Positions 8,547 through 17,809 of a DNA stretch of 42,992 bases are shown here, piece after piece (position 1 is the stretch's first letter; each line of letters starts with the position of its first letter). The stretch spans positions 1 to 42,992 of the forward strand of contig CBDUIO010000001.1 of the NCBI GenBank assembly GCA_965367355.1, in the 5' to 3' direction. The position numbers and the translations under genes are program-made. Source of the stretch: an uncultured Flavobacteriaceae bacterium. Lineage in GTDB: Bacteria > Bacteroidota > Bacteroidia > Flavobacteriales > Flavobacteriaceae. The notes under the pieces are model-generated. The model was given only the letters and a program-made list of their open reading frames with translations. It was not told where the DNA came from and ran no database searches.

Positions 8547-9788
8547 TCAATGTTCGTTCATTCTAAAGTCAGGGTATGCATCCATACCATGTTCGTATCC
8601 GTCAAGTCCTTCAACTTCTTCTTTTTCAGAAACGCGGATTCCAACAGTTTTCTTGAGTATAAATAGTATTAAAAATGACGATACAATACATATGGCAGCA
8701 TATGAAAGTACGCCAACCAATTGACTCACAAATTGAGCTCCACCGGCAAGTTCGCCAAATAAACCAACTGCTAATGTTCCCCAAATACCACAAATTAAGT
8801 GCACTGCAATTGCTCCAACAGGATCGTCCAATCTAATTCTGTCAATAAATGACACTGCCAACACAATGATTGCACCGGCAACACCACCAATAATAATGGC
8901 ATCTGTGGGGCTCATTTGGTCGGCACCTGCTGTAATTCCTACAAGACCACCCAAAATACCATTTAAAAACATGGTAAGATCTAAATTTTTAAACATCGCT
9001 GAGGATACTAAGAACGCCACTACACCACCTGCCGCTGCTGCTAAGCAAGTTGTTACTAAAGTTAAGGATGTTAAAGCAGGGTCTGCAGATAGTACAGATC
9101 CACCGTTAAAACCAAACCAACCTAGCCATAGTATTAAAACACCTGCTGTTGCCATAGGGATGTTGTGACCGGGAATGGCATTAATTTTGCCATCTGTGTA
9201 TTTACCTATTCTAGACCCAAGCAGGTAAACCGCAACTAATGCTGCCCAACCACCTACAGAATGAACCAGTGTAGAACCTGCAAAATCATAGAAAGGTGTT
9301 TCTCTCATGTCCAAGAAGCCACCACCCCATTTCCAGGATCCTGCTAACGGGTATATTATTCCGACATACAATATTACGAATATCATAAAAGGAACAATTT
9401 TAATTCTTTCTGCTACCGCTCCAGAGACTATTGTCGCTGCAGTAGCTGCAAACATTCCCTGAAACAGGAAGTCGGTCCAATAGGTATACCCTTCGCTGTA
9501 AGTAAGGTCTAAAGCTCCATCAGCAGTTAATGGCGAATCAAGTCCAAAACCTGCAAATCCGAAGAAACCTGAAGAACCTTCAGCAAATCCAGGATACATT
9601 AAATTAAATCCTACTAAAGCATACAATAATAACCCAACAGTTATGATGAATATATTTTTAAATAGAATGTTAATTGTGTTCTTTTGTCTTGTCAACCCAA
9701 TTTCTAAAAATGCAAAACCTAAGTGCATAAAGAAAACGAGTGCTGTACAGATCATCATCCATACATTATTTGTAGTTAATAATTCCAT
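8547..9788 (-). CDS. amtB: Ammonium transporter
   Basis: 413 aa and polytopic. It has Amt/MEP signatures (FAFLEIG, DFAGSTLVHSVGGWAAL, AVHLICGIWGTLAVGLF). Confidence 0.9.
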   Translation of the reverse strand: MELLTTNNVWMMICTALVFFMHLGFAFLEIGLTRQKNTINILFKNIFIITVGLLLYALVGFNLMYPGFAEGSSGFFGFAGFGLDSPLTADGALDLTYSEGYTYWTDFLFQGMFAATAATIVSGAVAERIKIVPFMIFVILYVGIIYPLAGSWKWGGGFLDMRETPFYDFAGSTLVHSVGGWAALVAVYLLGSRIGKYTDGKINAIPGHNIPMATAGVLILWLGWFGFNGGSVLSADPALTSLTLVTTCLAAAAGGVVAFLVSSAMFKNLDLTMFLNGILGGLVGITAGADQMSPTDAIIIGGVAGAIIVLAVSFIDRIRLDDPVGAIAVHLICGIWGTLAVGLFGELAGGAQFVSQLVGVLSYAAICIVSSFLILFILKKTVGIRVSEKEEVEGLDGYEHGMDAYPDFRMNEH

Positions 9789-9811
9789 AATTTAATTTGT
9801 TAGTTTTATTT

Positions 9812-10150
9812 TTACTTTAAAGTTTGACCTCCCTTTTCGCCGGTTCGAATTCTGTAACTCTCTTTTACGTCTGATACAAAGATCTTTCCGTCACCAACTT
9901 CACCTGTTACAGCAGCTTTAAGAATAGCTTTAATGGTTGGTTCCTCAAAATCATCATTGACTACAATGGATAAATAACGTCTTTGAATATCGCTTGTACT
10001 ATAAGAGATGCCTCTGTAAACATGACCTTCCTTTTCGTGGCCTATTCCTGTTACATCCCAGTAAGAGAAAAATTGAACATCTACAGCATGAAGTGCTTCC
10101 TTTACTGCACCATACTTGGATTTTCTGATTATTGCTTCGATTTTTTTCAT
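9812..10150 (-). CDS. glnK: P-II nitrogen regulatory protein
   Basis: 112 aa. It has MKKIEAIIR, a T-loop YRG and a TGEVGDGKIFV...IRTGE B/C-loop pattern. It lies immediately upstream of amtB. Confidence 0.9.
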   Translation of the reverse strand: MKKIEAIIRKSKYGAVKEALHAVDVQFFSYWDVTGIGHEKEGHVYRGISYSTSDIQRRYLSIVVNDDFEEPTIKAILKAAVTGEVGDGKIFVSDVKESYRIRTGEKGGQTLK

Positions 10151-10183
10151 AATTAATTTATTTAGTTAGAATGAATATTTATG

Positions 10184-11191
10184 TTAGAATGATACAATTG
10201 CGGCTATTGTAGCGGCAGCTAAGTTGTCTGAAGCCGCTCCATCATTGTCAAAATATGGCATACTATTGCTCCAGGAATCTAATCGGATCTCTGGCTTAAT
10301 AATTAAGTTGTCTTGAACAACTAAGCTTCCTGTTAACGTAAGGCCTAAAACACTTGGCAAGTCGTCTCCATCTCCATGGAATCCATAGAACTCACCTCTT
10401 AAGCCTAATGAAAAGATATCAGAAGTTGCTAATTGTGGATACAGAGCTGCACCGTAGAAACCTGAACCATCATTGTCATTATAAGCGGCATTAATACCTA
10501 AGAAGAAATCATCAGATAAATCGAAACCACCTGTGTAATCAATTTCAAAACCTAAGCCACCGTTGTTGCCACTATCATAATATAAGTTTAAATATTGACC
10601 GGCATATCCCAATTGAGCTCCAAGAGCATATTCTCCAGATGCAGATGTATTGTTCGTGTCCCAAGGATTTGTAATAGCTAGCATAAGGCTTACATCGTCA
10701 GATAGAGCAAAATCAGCTTTTATACCCATATGTGAAAATGGACCGCTAGAGAACAAATAAGATGTACTGTAGTTAAAGTTTGCTGCCGGGGCAATAACTT
10801 CGTAACCTAAAAAGGTATTCCATCTACCAAAAGTTAATGTAGTACTTTCTGATACACTCCAGTAAACATAAGCTTGGTTTACAATACCATCAACAATATC
10901 ATTGCTAAAAGTAGCACCAGCACCACGTGGTCCGGTAACCAAATCAAGAACTGCACCTACTTTACCACTTTCGTAGCTCACAATCAAGTTTCCCATTCCG
11001 AATGCAAAACCAGATTGATCAGCAAAAGCAGTTCCAAAAGCAGGAGCTTGATTGTCTGGGGCTGTTAAATATGTCTGGTAGTAACCGTCTACACTACCGC
11101 TAATAGATAATTTTTTCTCGGTTGTTTCTTTTTCTTGCGCAATTACATTAATACTACTGATTAATAGAAATGCTAAAATAATTTTTTTCAT
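10184..11191 (-). CDS. Putative outer-membrane porin co-operonic with glnK-amtB
   Basis: The internal ATG (11189-11191, minus strand) gives the signal peptide MKKIILAFLLISSINVIAQE. The protein is Gly/Tyr/Asp-rich with alternating beta-strand character and a C-terminal ...AAIVSF aromatic end. It lies 33 nt upstream of glnK. Confidence 0.55.
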   Translation of the reverse strand: MKKIILAFLLISSINVIAQEKETTEKKLSISGSVDGYYQTYLTAPDNQAPAFGTAFADQSGFAFGMGNLIVSYESGKVGAVLDLVTGPRGAGATFSNDIVDGIVNQAYVYWSVSESTTLTFGRWNTFLGYEVIAPAANFNYSTSYLFSSGPFSHMGIKADFALSDDVSLMLAITNPWDTNNTSASGEYALGAQLGYAGQYLNLYYDSGNNGGLGFEIDYTGGFDLSDDFFLGINAAYNDNDGSGFYGAALYPQLATSDIFSLGLRGEFYGFHGDGDDLPSVLGLTLTGSLVVQDNLIIKPEIRLDSWSNSMPYFDNDGAASDNLAAATIAAIVSF

Positions 11192-11220
11192 AATTTTTAG
11201 TTTATTAGTTATTGAAGCCC

Positions 11221-11228
11221 CAAAACTA
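11221..11228 (-). promoter_or_regulatory. Candidate -7 promoter box for the porin-glnK-amtB operon
   Basis: The plus strand reads CAAAACTA, which is TAGTTTTG on the minus strand, an exact TAnnTTTG. It lies about 30 nt upstream of the porin ATG. Confidence 0.4.
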
Positions 11229-11293
11229 TATAAAAAGATTTTATACCACCTAAAAAAAAGGGTAAATAACATCATTTTTACGATAATGATATT

Positions 11294-11320
11294 TTTAACC
11301 CTAAAAAATTAGGGGTTAAA
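11294..11320. promoter_or_regulatory. Strong palindrome / hairpin TTTAACCCTAA-aaaa-TTAGGGGTTAAA in the divergent nitrogen-assimilation control region
   Basis: About 11 bp of complementarity with one bulged G. The only GC-containing core (CCC/GGG) sits in a very AT-rich 450-bp spacer. It lies about 70-100 bp upstream of the candidate porin promoter. Confidence 0.4.
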
Positions 11321-11640
11321 ATAATAAATAGTAATTTTTTATGAATTTAAAAATTAAAATTGTGCTATTTGAACATTATCTGTATTATTACCTAAATGTT
11401 TTAATAGTTTTTAATATATCATTTAATTATCTGTAAAGTAATTATCAAAATGTTGTCAATTTTTTAAATGATATTAGTTTGATAATTCGTATTTTTTGAC
11501 TTCTATTTCCCAAAGAATTTAAAAAATAGAGCTTAAAAATATCAAACTCATAATAATGATTATAAGATTATGATAATTGATAGGTAAGCTATTATATTCG
11601 TCCGACTAACTAATTAATCATTAAATTAAAACAGAAGATT

Positions 11641-14600
11641 ATGCTGAGGAAACAAGGAATGTATTTACCGGAATTTGAACATGATAATTGTGGAGCTGGA
11701 TTTATATGTAGCTTAAAAGGAATAAAGTCCAACGATATAATTCATAAAGCACTGGAAATTCTTGAGAAATTAGAACATCGCGGTGCCGTTAGTGCTGATG
11801 GAAAAACAGGAGATGGTGCCGGAATTTTAATCGATATCCCTCATGATTTTTTTGTTAAAAATTGCGATTTTGAGTTACCCGAATTTGGAGAATATGCTGT
11901 AAGTAATGTGTTTTTACCAAAGAAGGACAATCAGCAGTCGTATTGCATTGGAGTTCTTGAAAAGCATATGGCAGAGCAGGGTCTAAATGTTCTGGGATGG
12001 AGAACTGTTCCTATAGATGTGTCTGTCTTAGGCGAAATAGCTGCAACTACACAACCATTTGTGAAGCAGATTTTTATTGCTAAGGCTGATAAAAAACAAG
12101 ATGATTTCAAATTCAATTTAAAATTATTCATAGCACGAAAGAAGGCTGAACATGAGATTTTTGGTTCTAAACTTTCAGAAAGTAACTTCTTTTATGTGCC
12201 AAGCTTATCAACCAAAACAATTATTTTCAAAGGGCTCCTAATTCCACAGGATATAAAACTTTTCTATAAGGATTTGACAGATCCTACTCTTGTTACTCGT
12301 TTGGCATTGGTACATCAGCGATTTTCTACGAATACATTTCCTACCTGGGATCTGGCACAACCATTTAGATACATGTGTCATAACGGAGAGATTAACACCT
12401 TACGTGGAAATTTATCAAGAATGACCTCCAGAGAAGCTTTAATGGAAAGTGACTGGTTTGGTGACGAAATAAAAAATATTTTACCTGTTGTATTAAAAGG
12501 TAAGTCTGATTCAGCATCAATGGATATGGTAGTTGAGTTACTCCTTATGACCGGAAGATCCTTGCCAGAAGTCATGATGATGTTAGTGCCCGAAGCCTGG
12601 GAAAAGAATACAGAAATGTCTGAAACTAAAAAGGCTTTTTACGAATATAATTCATGTGTCATGGAGCCTTGGGATGGTCCTGCTTCTATTCCGTTTACAG
12701 ATGGTAATTACATTGGAGCTGTTTTAGACAGAAACGGATTGCGTCCTTCCAGATATTCTGTAACTAAAGATGGCTATGTGATCATGTCCTCTGAAACCGG
12801 AGTTATAGAAATTGCTCCGGAAAACATCGCGCAGCATGGAAGATTAGAACCCGGAAAAATGTTTTTGGTTGATATGAATGAAGGGAGAATTGTGAATGAT
12901 GAAGAAGTAAAAGAAAATATTGTTAAAAAATATCCCTATAAAAAATGGCTAAAGGAAAAACTTTTGTACTTAAAGGATATACCATATAACGATTGTCCTG
13001 TTCATTTTAATGAGGAGACTTTAAACAAAAGACAAACAATTTTTGGTTACACAAAAGAAGATATAAATACTATTATACTACCAATGGCTAAAACAAGTAA
13101 GGAGCCTATAGGTTCTATGGGAAATGATACTCCTATTGCTGTTTTGTCAGAAAGGCCACAATTATTATTCAATTATTTTAAGCAATTATTTGCTCAGGTA
13201 ACTAATCCGCCATTAGACGGTATTCGTGAAGAGTTAATTACAGATATAAGCCTGACTCTTGGCAAAGATTCCAATATTTTTGAAATAAGTCCGGACCATT
13301 GTAAAAAACTAAAAATTGAGAATCCTGTTATTTCTAAACAAGATTTAGATAAAATAAAGAGCAATAAAAAATCAGGGTTCAAAGCAACTACAATTCCTAT
13401 ATTATATAAAATTGATAAAGGCCACAACGGGTTAGAAAATGCTCTTGAAGAAATGCTTGTATCCGTTTCCAAGGCAATAGATGAGGGAACCCATATTATT
13501 ATATTGTCAGACAGGAATGTTGATAAAGAGAATGCTCCAATACCATCATTGCTTGCCTGTTCCTATGTCAATAGCGGACTCCAAAGTTTAGGTCAGCGAT
13601 CCAAAATAAGTATTATTGTTGAATCTGCAGAACCTAGAGAAGTTCATCATTTCGCCTTGTTATTCGGCTATGGAGCAAGTGCCATAAATCCATATATGGT
13701 CAATGAGATTATTGAAAAGCGAGTTAAACGAAATGAAATTGAAGTAACATCATCTATTGAGGCAGTAAAAAATTACAATAAGGCTGTTGGCAAAGGAATA
13801 CTTAAGGTCATGAACAAGATTGGAATCTCCACTCTAAATTCATACAGAGGCTCTCAATTATTTGAGTGCATTGGTATTAATACGAATGTGGTAAATAAAT
13901 ACTTTCCAAATACAGCAACCAGAATTCAGGGAATAGGATTGCATGAAATTGAAAAGGAGATCAACAAACGCTATTCCAATGCTTATAAAGAAAGAACAAT
14001 TGATGGTGACCTTGAACTTGAAATTGGAGGTCAATACCGATGGAGAAGAAATGGCGAACATCATTTATTTAATCCGCTTACCATTGCAAAGCTGCAGGAA
14101 GCAGTTAGGGCAAATAAACCAAATACATATAAGGAATATGCTGAATTGGTGAATAACCAGTCCAAACAATTAATGACCATCAGAGGTTTGTTCGAATTCA
14201 CCAATTATGACCCAATTCCTATAGATCAGGTTGAATCCTGGACTGATATAGTAAAGCGATTCAAAACAGGAGCAATGTCATACGGATCTATAAGTAAGGA
14301 AGCTCACGAAAATCTTGCTATTGCTATGAACAGGATTGGTGGTAAGAGCAATTCCGGAGAAGGAGGAGAAGATGAGGAACGATATTATAAGGATGGTACG
14401 GGAGACTGGAAAAATAGTGCAATAAAGCAAGTAGCTTCTGGTCGATTTGGGGTAACTTCAAATTATTTGACCAACGCATCAGAGATTCAGATAAAAATGG
14501 CTCAAGGAGCAAAACCCGGTGAAGGTGGGCAACTGCCTGGAGCTAAGGTTAATCCACAGATTGCGAAAACAAGAAATTCTACGCCTTATGTAGGATTGAT

Positions 14601-16143
14601 TTCACCGCCACCACACCATGATATTTACTCTATTGAAGATTTATCTCAATTAATATATGATTTAAAATCTGCAAACAGACAAGCTAGAATCAACGTGAAG
14701 TTGGTATCAGAAGTAGGCGTGGGAACTGTCGCAGCCGGTGTAGCAAAGGCGAAAGCAGATGTTATTTTAATTTCGGGACATGATGGCGGAACAGGTGCTT
14801 CACCTTTAACCTCTTTAAAACATGCAGGATTGCCATGGGAATTAGGCTTAGCTGAAGCCCAGCAAACTTTGGTCATGAATAATTTAAGAAACAGAGTTGT
14901 TCTGGAATGTGATGGCCAGCTAAAAACAGGAAGAGATGTGGCTATAGCATGCTTGTTAGGAGCCGAAGAATTTGGTTTTGCAACAGCACCTTTAGTTGCT
15001 TCCGGCTGTATTATGATGAGAGTGTGCCATTTAAATACATGTCCCGTTGGAATTGCTACTCAAAATCCGGAATTGCGTAAAAAATTTGAAGGTCAACCGG
15101 AACACGTCGTTAACTTTATGTATTTCATTGCTCAGGAATTAAGGGAGATCATGTCTCAACTTGGGTTTAGAACTGTGAATGAAATGGTAGGTCAGGTTCA
15201 AAAACTGAACAGAAGTAAAACGATTGATCAATACAAGGCTCTAGGAATTGATTTATCACCAATTTTACATAGAGTACCTGTTTCAGAAAATATCAAATTA
15301 TACAATACAGAAACGCAGGATCATCATATTGAAAAGGCATTAGATTTTCAAGTGATTTCTCAAGCGCATCCTGCCATTTTCAGAAAAGAAAAAATAACTT
15401 TAGATTTCAAAATAACAAATGAAGACAGAGCATTTGGAGCTGTTTTAAGTAATGAGATTTCAAAGATATATGGATCACAGGGATTACCGGAAAATACACT
15501 AAAAATAAATTTCAAGGGATCTGCCGGTCAAAGCTTTGGTGCATTTGCTACTAAAGGACTTACCTTGGTAATAAGGGGAAACACAAACGATTATTTGGGT
15601 AAAGGCTTATCTGGAGCAAAAATAATAGTCAAGGTTCCGGAAGAAGCCACAATTATACCGGAAGAAAATATCATAATTGGCAACGTCGCGTTATACGGAG
15701 CAACTTCAGGAGAAGCTTATATTAACGGTAAGGCAGGCGAACGTTTTTGCGTTAGAAATTCAGGTGCTAAAGCTGTAGTTGAAGGAATTGGAGATCATGG
15801 ATGCGAGTATATGACAGGAGGTGTAGCGGTGATATTAGGTGAAGTTGGAAGGAATTTTGGAGCTGGAATGAGCGGCGGAATAGCCTATATCTATGATTCC
15901 CATAAAACATTCAAAAAAAGATGCAATTTTGAAGGATTGAACTTAGATCCGGTAACTAACAAGGAAGATAATAAGCAATTAAAGCTACTAATTGAGAATC
16001 ATTATAATGCCACTTTGAGTCCGCTGGCTCAACGAATATTGGAAAACTGGGAAAAAGAATTGCGTAAATTCATTAAGGTTCTTCCTGAAGAATACAGGCA
16101 AGCCTTAATAAGATTGGAAAAAGAAAATCTTATAAAACTTTAA
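11641..16143 (+). CDS. gltB: Glutamate synthase large subunit
   Basis: 1500 aa. It has an Ntn-amidotransferase Cys (DNCGAGFI), FMN/Fe-S domain motifs and a GXGXG C-terminal domain. Confidence 0.95.
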   Translation: MLRKQGMYLPEFEHDNCGAGFICSLKGIKSNDIIHKALEILEKLEHRGAVSADGKTGDGAGILIDIPHDFFVKNCDFELPEFGEYAVSNVFLPKKDNQQSYCIGVLEKHMAEQGLNVLGWRTVPIDVSVLGEIAATTQPFVKQIFIAKADKKQDDFKFNLKLFIARKKAEHEIFGSKLSESNFFYVPSLSTKTIIFKGLLIPQDIKLFYKDLTDPTLVTRLALVHQRFSTNTFPTWDLAQPFRYMCHNGEINTLRGNLSRMTSREALMESDWFGDEIKNILPVVLKGKSDSASMDMVVELLLMTGRSLPEVMMMLVPEAWEKNTEMSETKKAFYEYNSCVMEPWDGPASIPFTDGNYIGAVLDRNGLRPSRYSVTKDGYVIMSSETGVIEIAPENIAQHGRLEPGKMFLVDMNEGRIVNDEEVKENIVKKYPYKKWLKEKLLYLKDIPYNDCPVHFNEETLNKRQTIFGYTKEDINTIILPMAKTSKEPIGSMGNDTPIAVLSERPQLLFNYFKQLFAQVTNPPLDGIREELITDISLTLGKDSNIFEISPDHCKKLKIENPVISKQDLDKIKSNKKSGFKATTIPILYKIDKGHNGLENALEEMLVSVSKAIDEGTHIIILSDRNVDKENAPIPSLLACSYVNSGLQSLGQRSKISIIVESAEPREVHHFALLFGYGASAINPYMVNEIIEKRVKRNEIEVTSSIEAVKNYNKAVGKGILKVMNKIGISTLNSYRGSQLFECIGINTNVVNKYFPNTATRIQGIGLHEIEKEINKRYSNAYKERTIDGDLELEIGGQYRWRRNGEHHLFNPLTIAKLQEAVRANKPNTYKEYAELVNNQSKQLMTIRGLFEFTNYDPIPIDQVESWTDIVKRFKTGAMSYGSISKEAHENLAIAMNRIGGKSNSGEGGEDEERYYKDGTGDWKNSAIKQVASGRFGVTSNYLTNASEIQIKMAQGAKPGEGGQLPGAKVNPQIAKTRNSTPYVGLISPPPHHDIYSIEDLSQLIYDLKSANRQARINVKLVSEVGVGTVAAGVAKAKADVILISGHDGGTGASPLTSLKHAGLPWELGLAEAQQTLVMNNLRNRVVLECDGQLKTGRDVAIACLLGAEEFGFATAPLVASGCIMMRVCHLNTCPVGIATQNPELRKKFEGQPEHVVNFMYFIAQELREIMSQLGFRTVNEMVGQVQKLNRSKTIDQYKALGIDLSPILHRVPVSENIKLYNTETQDHHIEKALDFQVISQAHPAIFRKEKITLDFKITNEDRAFGAVLSNEISKIYGSQGLPENTLKINFKGSAGQSFGAFATKGLTLVIRGNTNDYLGKGLSGAKIIVKVPEEATIIPEENIIIGNVALYGATSGEAYINGKAGERFCVRNSGAKAVVEGIGDHGCEYMTGGVAVILGEVGRNFGAGMSGGIAYIYDSHKTFKKRCNFEGLNLDPVTNKEDNKQLKLLIENHYNATLSPLAQRILENWEKELRKFIKVLPEEYRQALIRLEKENLIKL

Positions 16144-16147
16144 TGCT

Positions 16148-17614
16148 ATGGGAAAGATAACAGGATTTTTAGAATATAAAAGAGAGGTAGAAAAATACGA
16201 ATCGGTCAATAAAAGATTGAAAAACTATAAGGAGTTTACTATTCCAATGAATGGGAAGAACTTAAGTGAACAAGGAGCGAGATGCATGGATTGTGGTATC
16301 CCGTTTTGCCATAGCGGTTGTCCTTTAGGTAATTTAATTCCGGATTTTAATGACAAAGTTTACAATGGAAGATGGAAGGATGCTGCTAAAATTTTACATT
16401 CAACAAATAACTTCCCGGAGTTTACAGGTAGATTATGTCCTGCTCCATGCGAAGAAGCTTGTGTTTTAGGTATTAATGAAGATCCGGTTTCAATAGAGAA
16501 TATTGAAAAGAATATTGTTGAAACCGCTTTTAAAGAGGGGTGGATCACGGCTAATCCTCCAGAAAAAAGAACAGACAAAAAAGTTGCAGTAATAGGGTCC
16601 GGACCATCTGGTTTGGCCGCTGCTCAACAATTAAATAGAGCAGGACATCATGTAACTGTTTTTGAAAGAGATAAGAAAGTTGGCGGATTATTGAGATATG
16701 GCATCCCTGATTTCAAAATGGAGAAGTATGTAATAGACCGAAGATTGAAAATATTAGAAGAAGAAGGAATTGTCTTTAAGACGGATGCTCATGTTGGAAT
16801 AAATGTGAAAGCAGATGATATTAAAAAAGAATTCGATGCTGTTTTACTTTGTGGAGGAGCAACAGAAAGAAGAGGAATACCTGTAAAAGGATCAGATTTA
16901 AAGGGGGTTTATCAGGCTATGGATTTCTTAAAGCAAAATAATCAAAGAGTAGACGGTATATCCGGTTTTGAAGAAGAGATTTACGCGAAGGATAAAAATG
17001 TCATTGTAATTGGTGGTGGAGATACAGGTTCAGATTGTATAGGAACGAGTAACAGACATGGTGCCAAATCGGTTGTTAATTTTGAAATTTTAAGTAAACC
17101 TACAACAGGTCGTCCTGCTCATCAGCCCTGGCCATATTGGCCAATGAGATTAAGAACCAGTTCTTCACATAAAGAAGGTGTTGAACGATTTTTTAGTATT
17201 TCAACCAAAGAGTTTATTGGAGATAAAAAAGGCAATCTAACGGGACTGGTAACTGTTGAGGTTGAGTGGATATTTAAAGAAGGGGAGCGACCTGAATTAA
17301 GAGAGATTCCTAATACAGAAAAACACTGGGATTGTGATTTAGTTTTTCTGGCACTTGGATTTACAGGACCAGAGAAAACTTTACCTGAAGCATTTGGTTT
17401 AAAGACAGATTTCAGATCTAATATTGATGCATCGGCTAAAAATTATAAAACAAATGTTCCCGGAGTATTTGCTGCAGGTGATATCAGACGTGGACAATCT
17501 TTAATTGTCTGGGCGATCTCAGAAGGAAGGCAGGCAGCCCATCATATTGATAAGTATTTGATGGGAAATAGCTTTTTACCTTTAAAAGACGATAATGATC
17601 TTCCCAGGGTTTAG
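16148..17614 (+). CDS. gltD: Glutamate synthase small subunit (NAD(P)H-dependent)
   Basis: 488 aa. It has N-terminal Cys clusters (CMDCGIPFC, CPAPCEEAC) and dinucleotide folds VAVIGSGPSGLAAA and VIGGGDTGSDC. It starts 4 nt after gltB. Confidence 0.95.
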   Translation: MGKITGFLEYKREVEKYESVNKRLKNYKEFTIPMNGKNLSEQGARCMDCGIPFCHSGCPLGNLIPDFNDKVYNGRWKDAAKILHSTNNFPEFTGRLCPAPCEEACVLGINEDPVSIENIEKNIVETAFKEGWITANPPEKRTDKKVAVIGSGPSGLAAAQQLNRAGHHVTVFERDKKVGGLLRYGIPDFKMEKYVIDRRLKILEEEGIVFKTDAHVGINVKADDIKKEFDAVLLCGGATERRGIPVKGSDLKGVYQAMDFLKQNNQRVDGISGFEEEIYAKDKNVIVIGGGDTGSDCIGTSNRHGAKSVVNFEILSKPTTGRPAHQPWPYWPMRLRTSSSHKEGVERFFSISTKEFIGDKKGNLTGLVTVEVEWIFKEGERPELREIPNTEKHWDCDLVFLALGFTGPEKTLPEAFGLKTDFRSNIDASAKNYKTNVPGVFAAGDIRRGQSLIVWAISEGRQAAHHIDKYLMGNSFLPLKDDNDLPRV

Positions 17615-17719
17615 ATTTTTTTCTTAAAAAATACCCTCTTTTGGACATCATAAAAAGAACTAGTTAAACATTTAATAATCAGTGGTATAGGTCTTATAAA
17701 GTTACTCTGACAATAGTCT

Positions 17720-17749
17720 ATGATTGTCATTGTTAATTCTTATAACTAG
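17720..17749 (+). promoter_or_regulatory. Candidate Ile/Val mini leader ORF (MIVIVNSYN) upstream of ilvD
   Basis: The sequence is ATG ATT GTC ATT GTT AAT TCT TAT AAC TAG. GACAAT (17709-17714) can pair with either ATTGTC (17723-17728) or ATTGTT (17729-17734). I found no convincing downstream terminator. Confidence 0.25.
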
Positions 17750-17809
17750 CCATTAATATAATTTAGAAATTTTATTGCCAAAATTTGTAAAAGCGGAAGC
17801 TTAAATTGT

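Noticed and set aside
11375-11446. An exact 10-bp direct repeat ATTATCTGTA (11375-11384 and 11426-11435) and TAATTATC twice (11425-11432 and 11439-11446) in the gltB upstream region. Also GATTATRA tandem copies near 11558-11575.
   Set aside because: A rough estimate suggests that one 10-mer recurrence in a 450-bp region of this base composition is not significant. There is no dyad symmetry and no clear positional relationship to a promoter.
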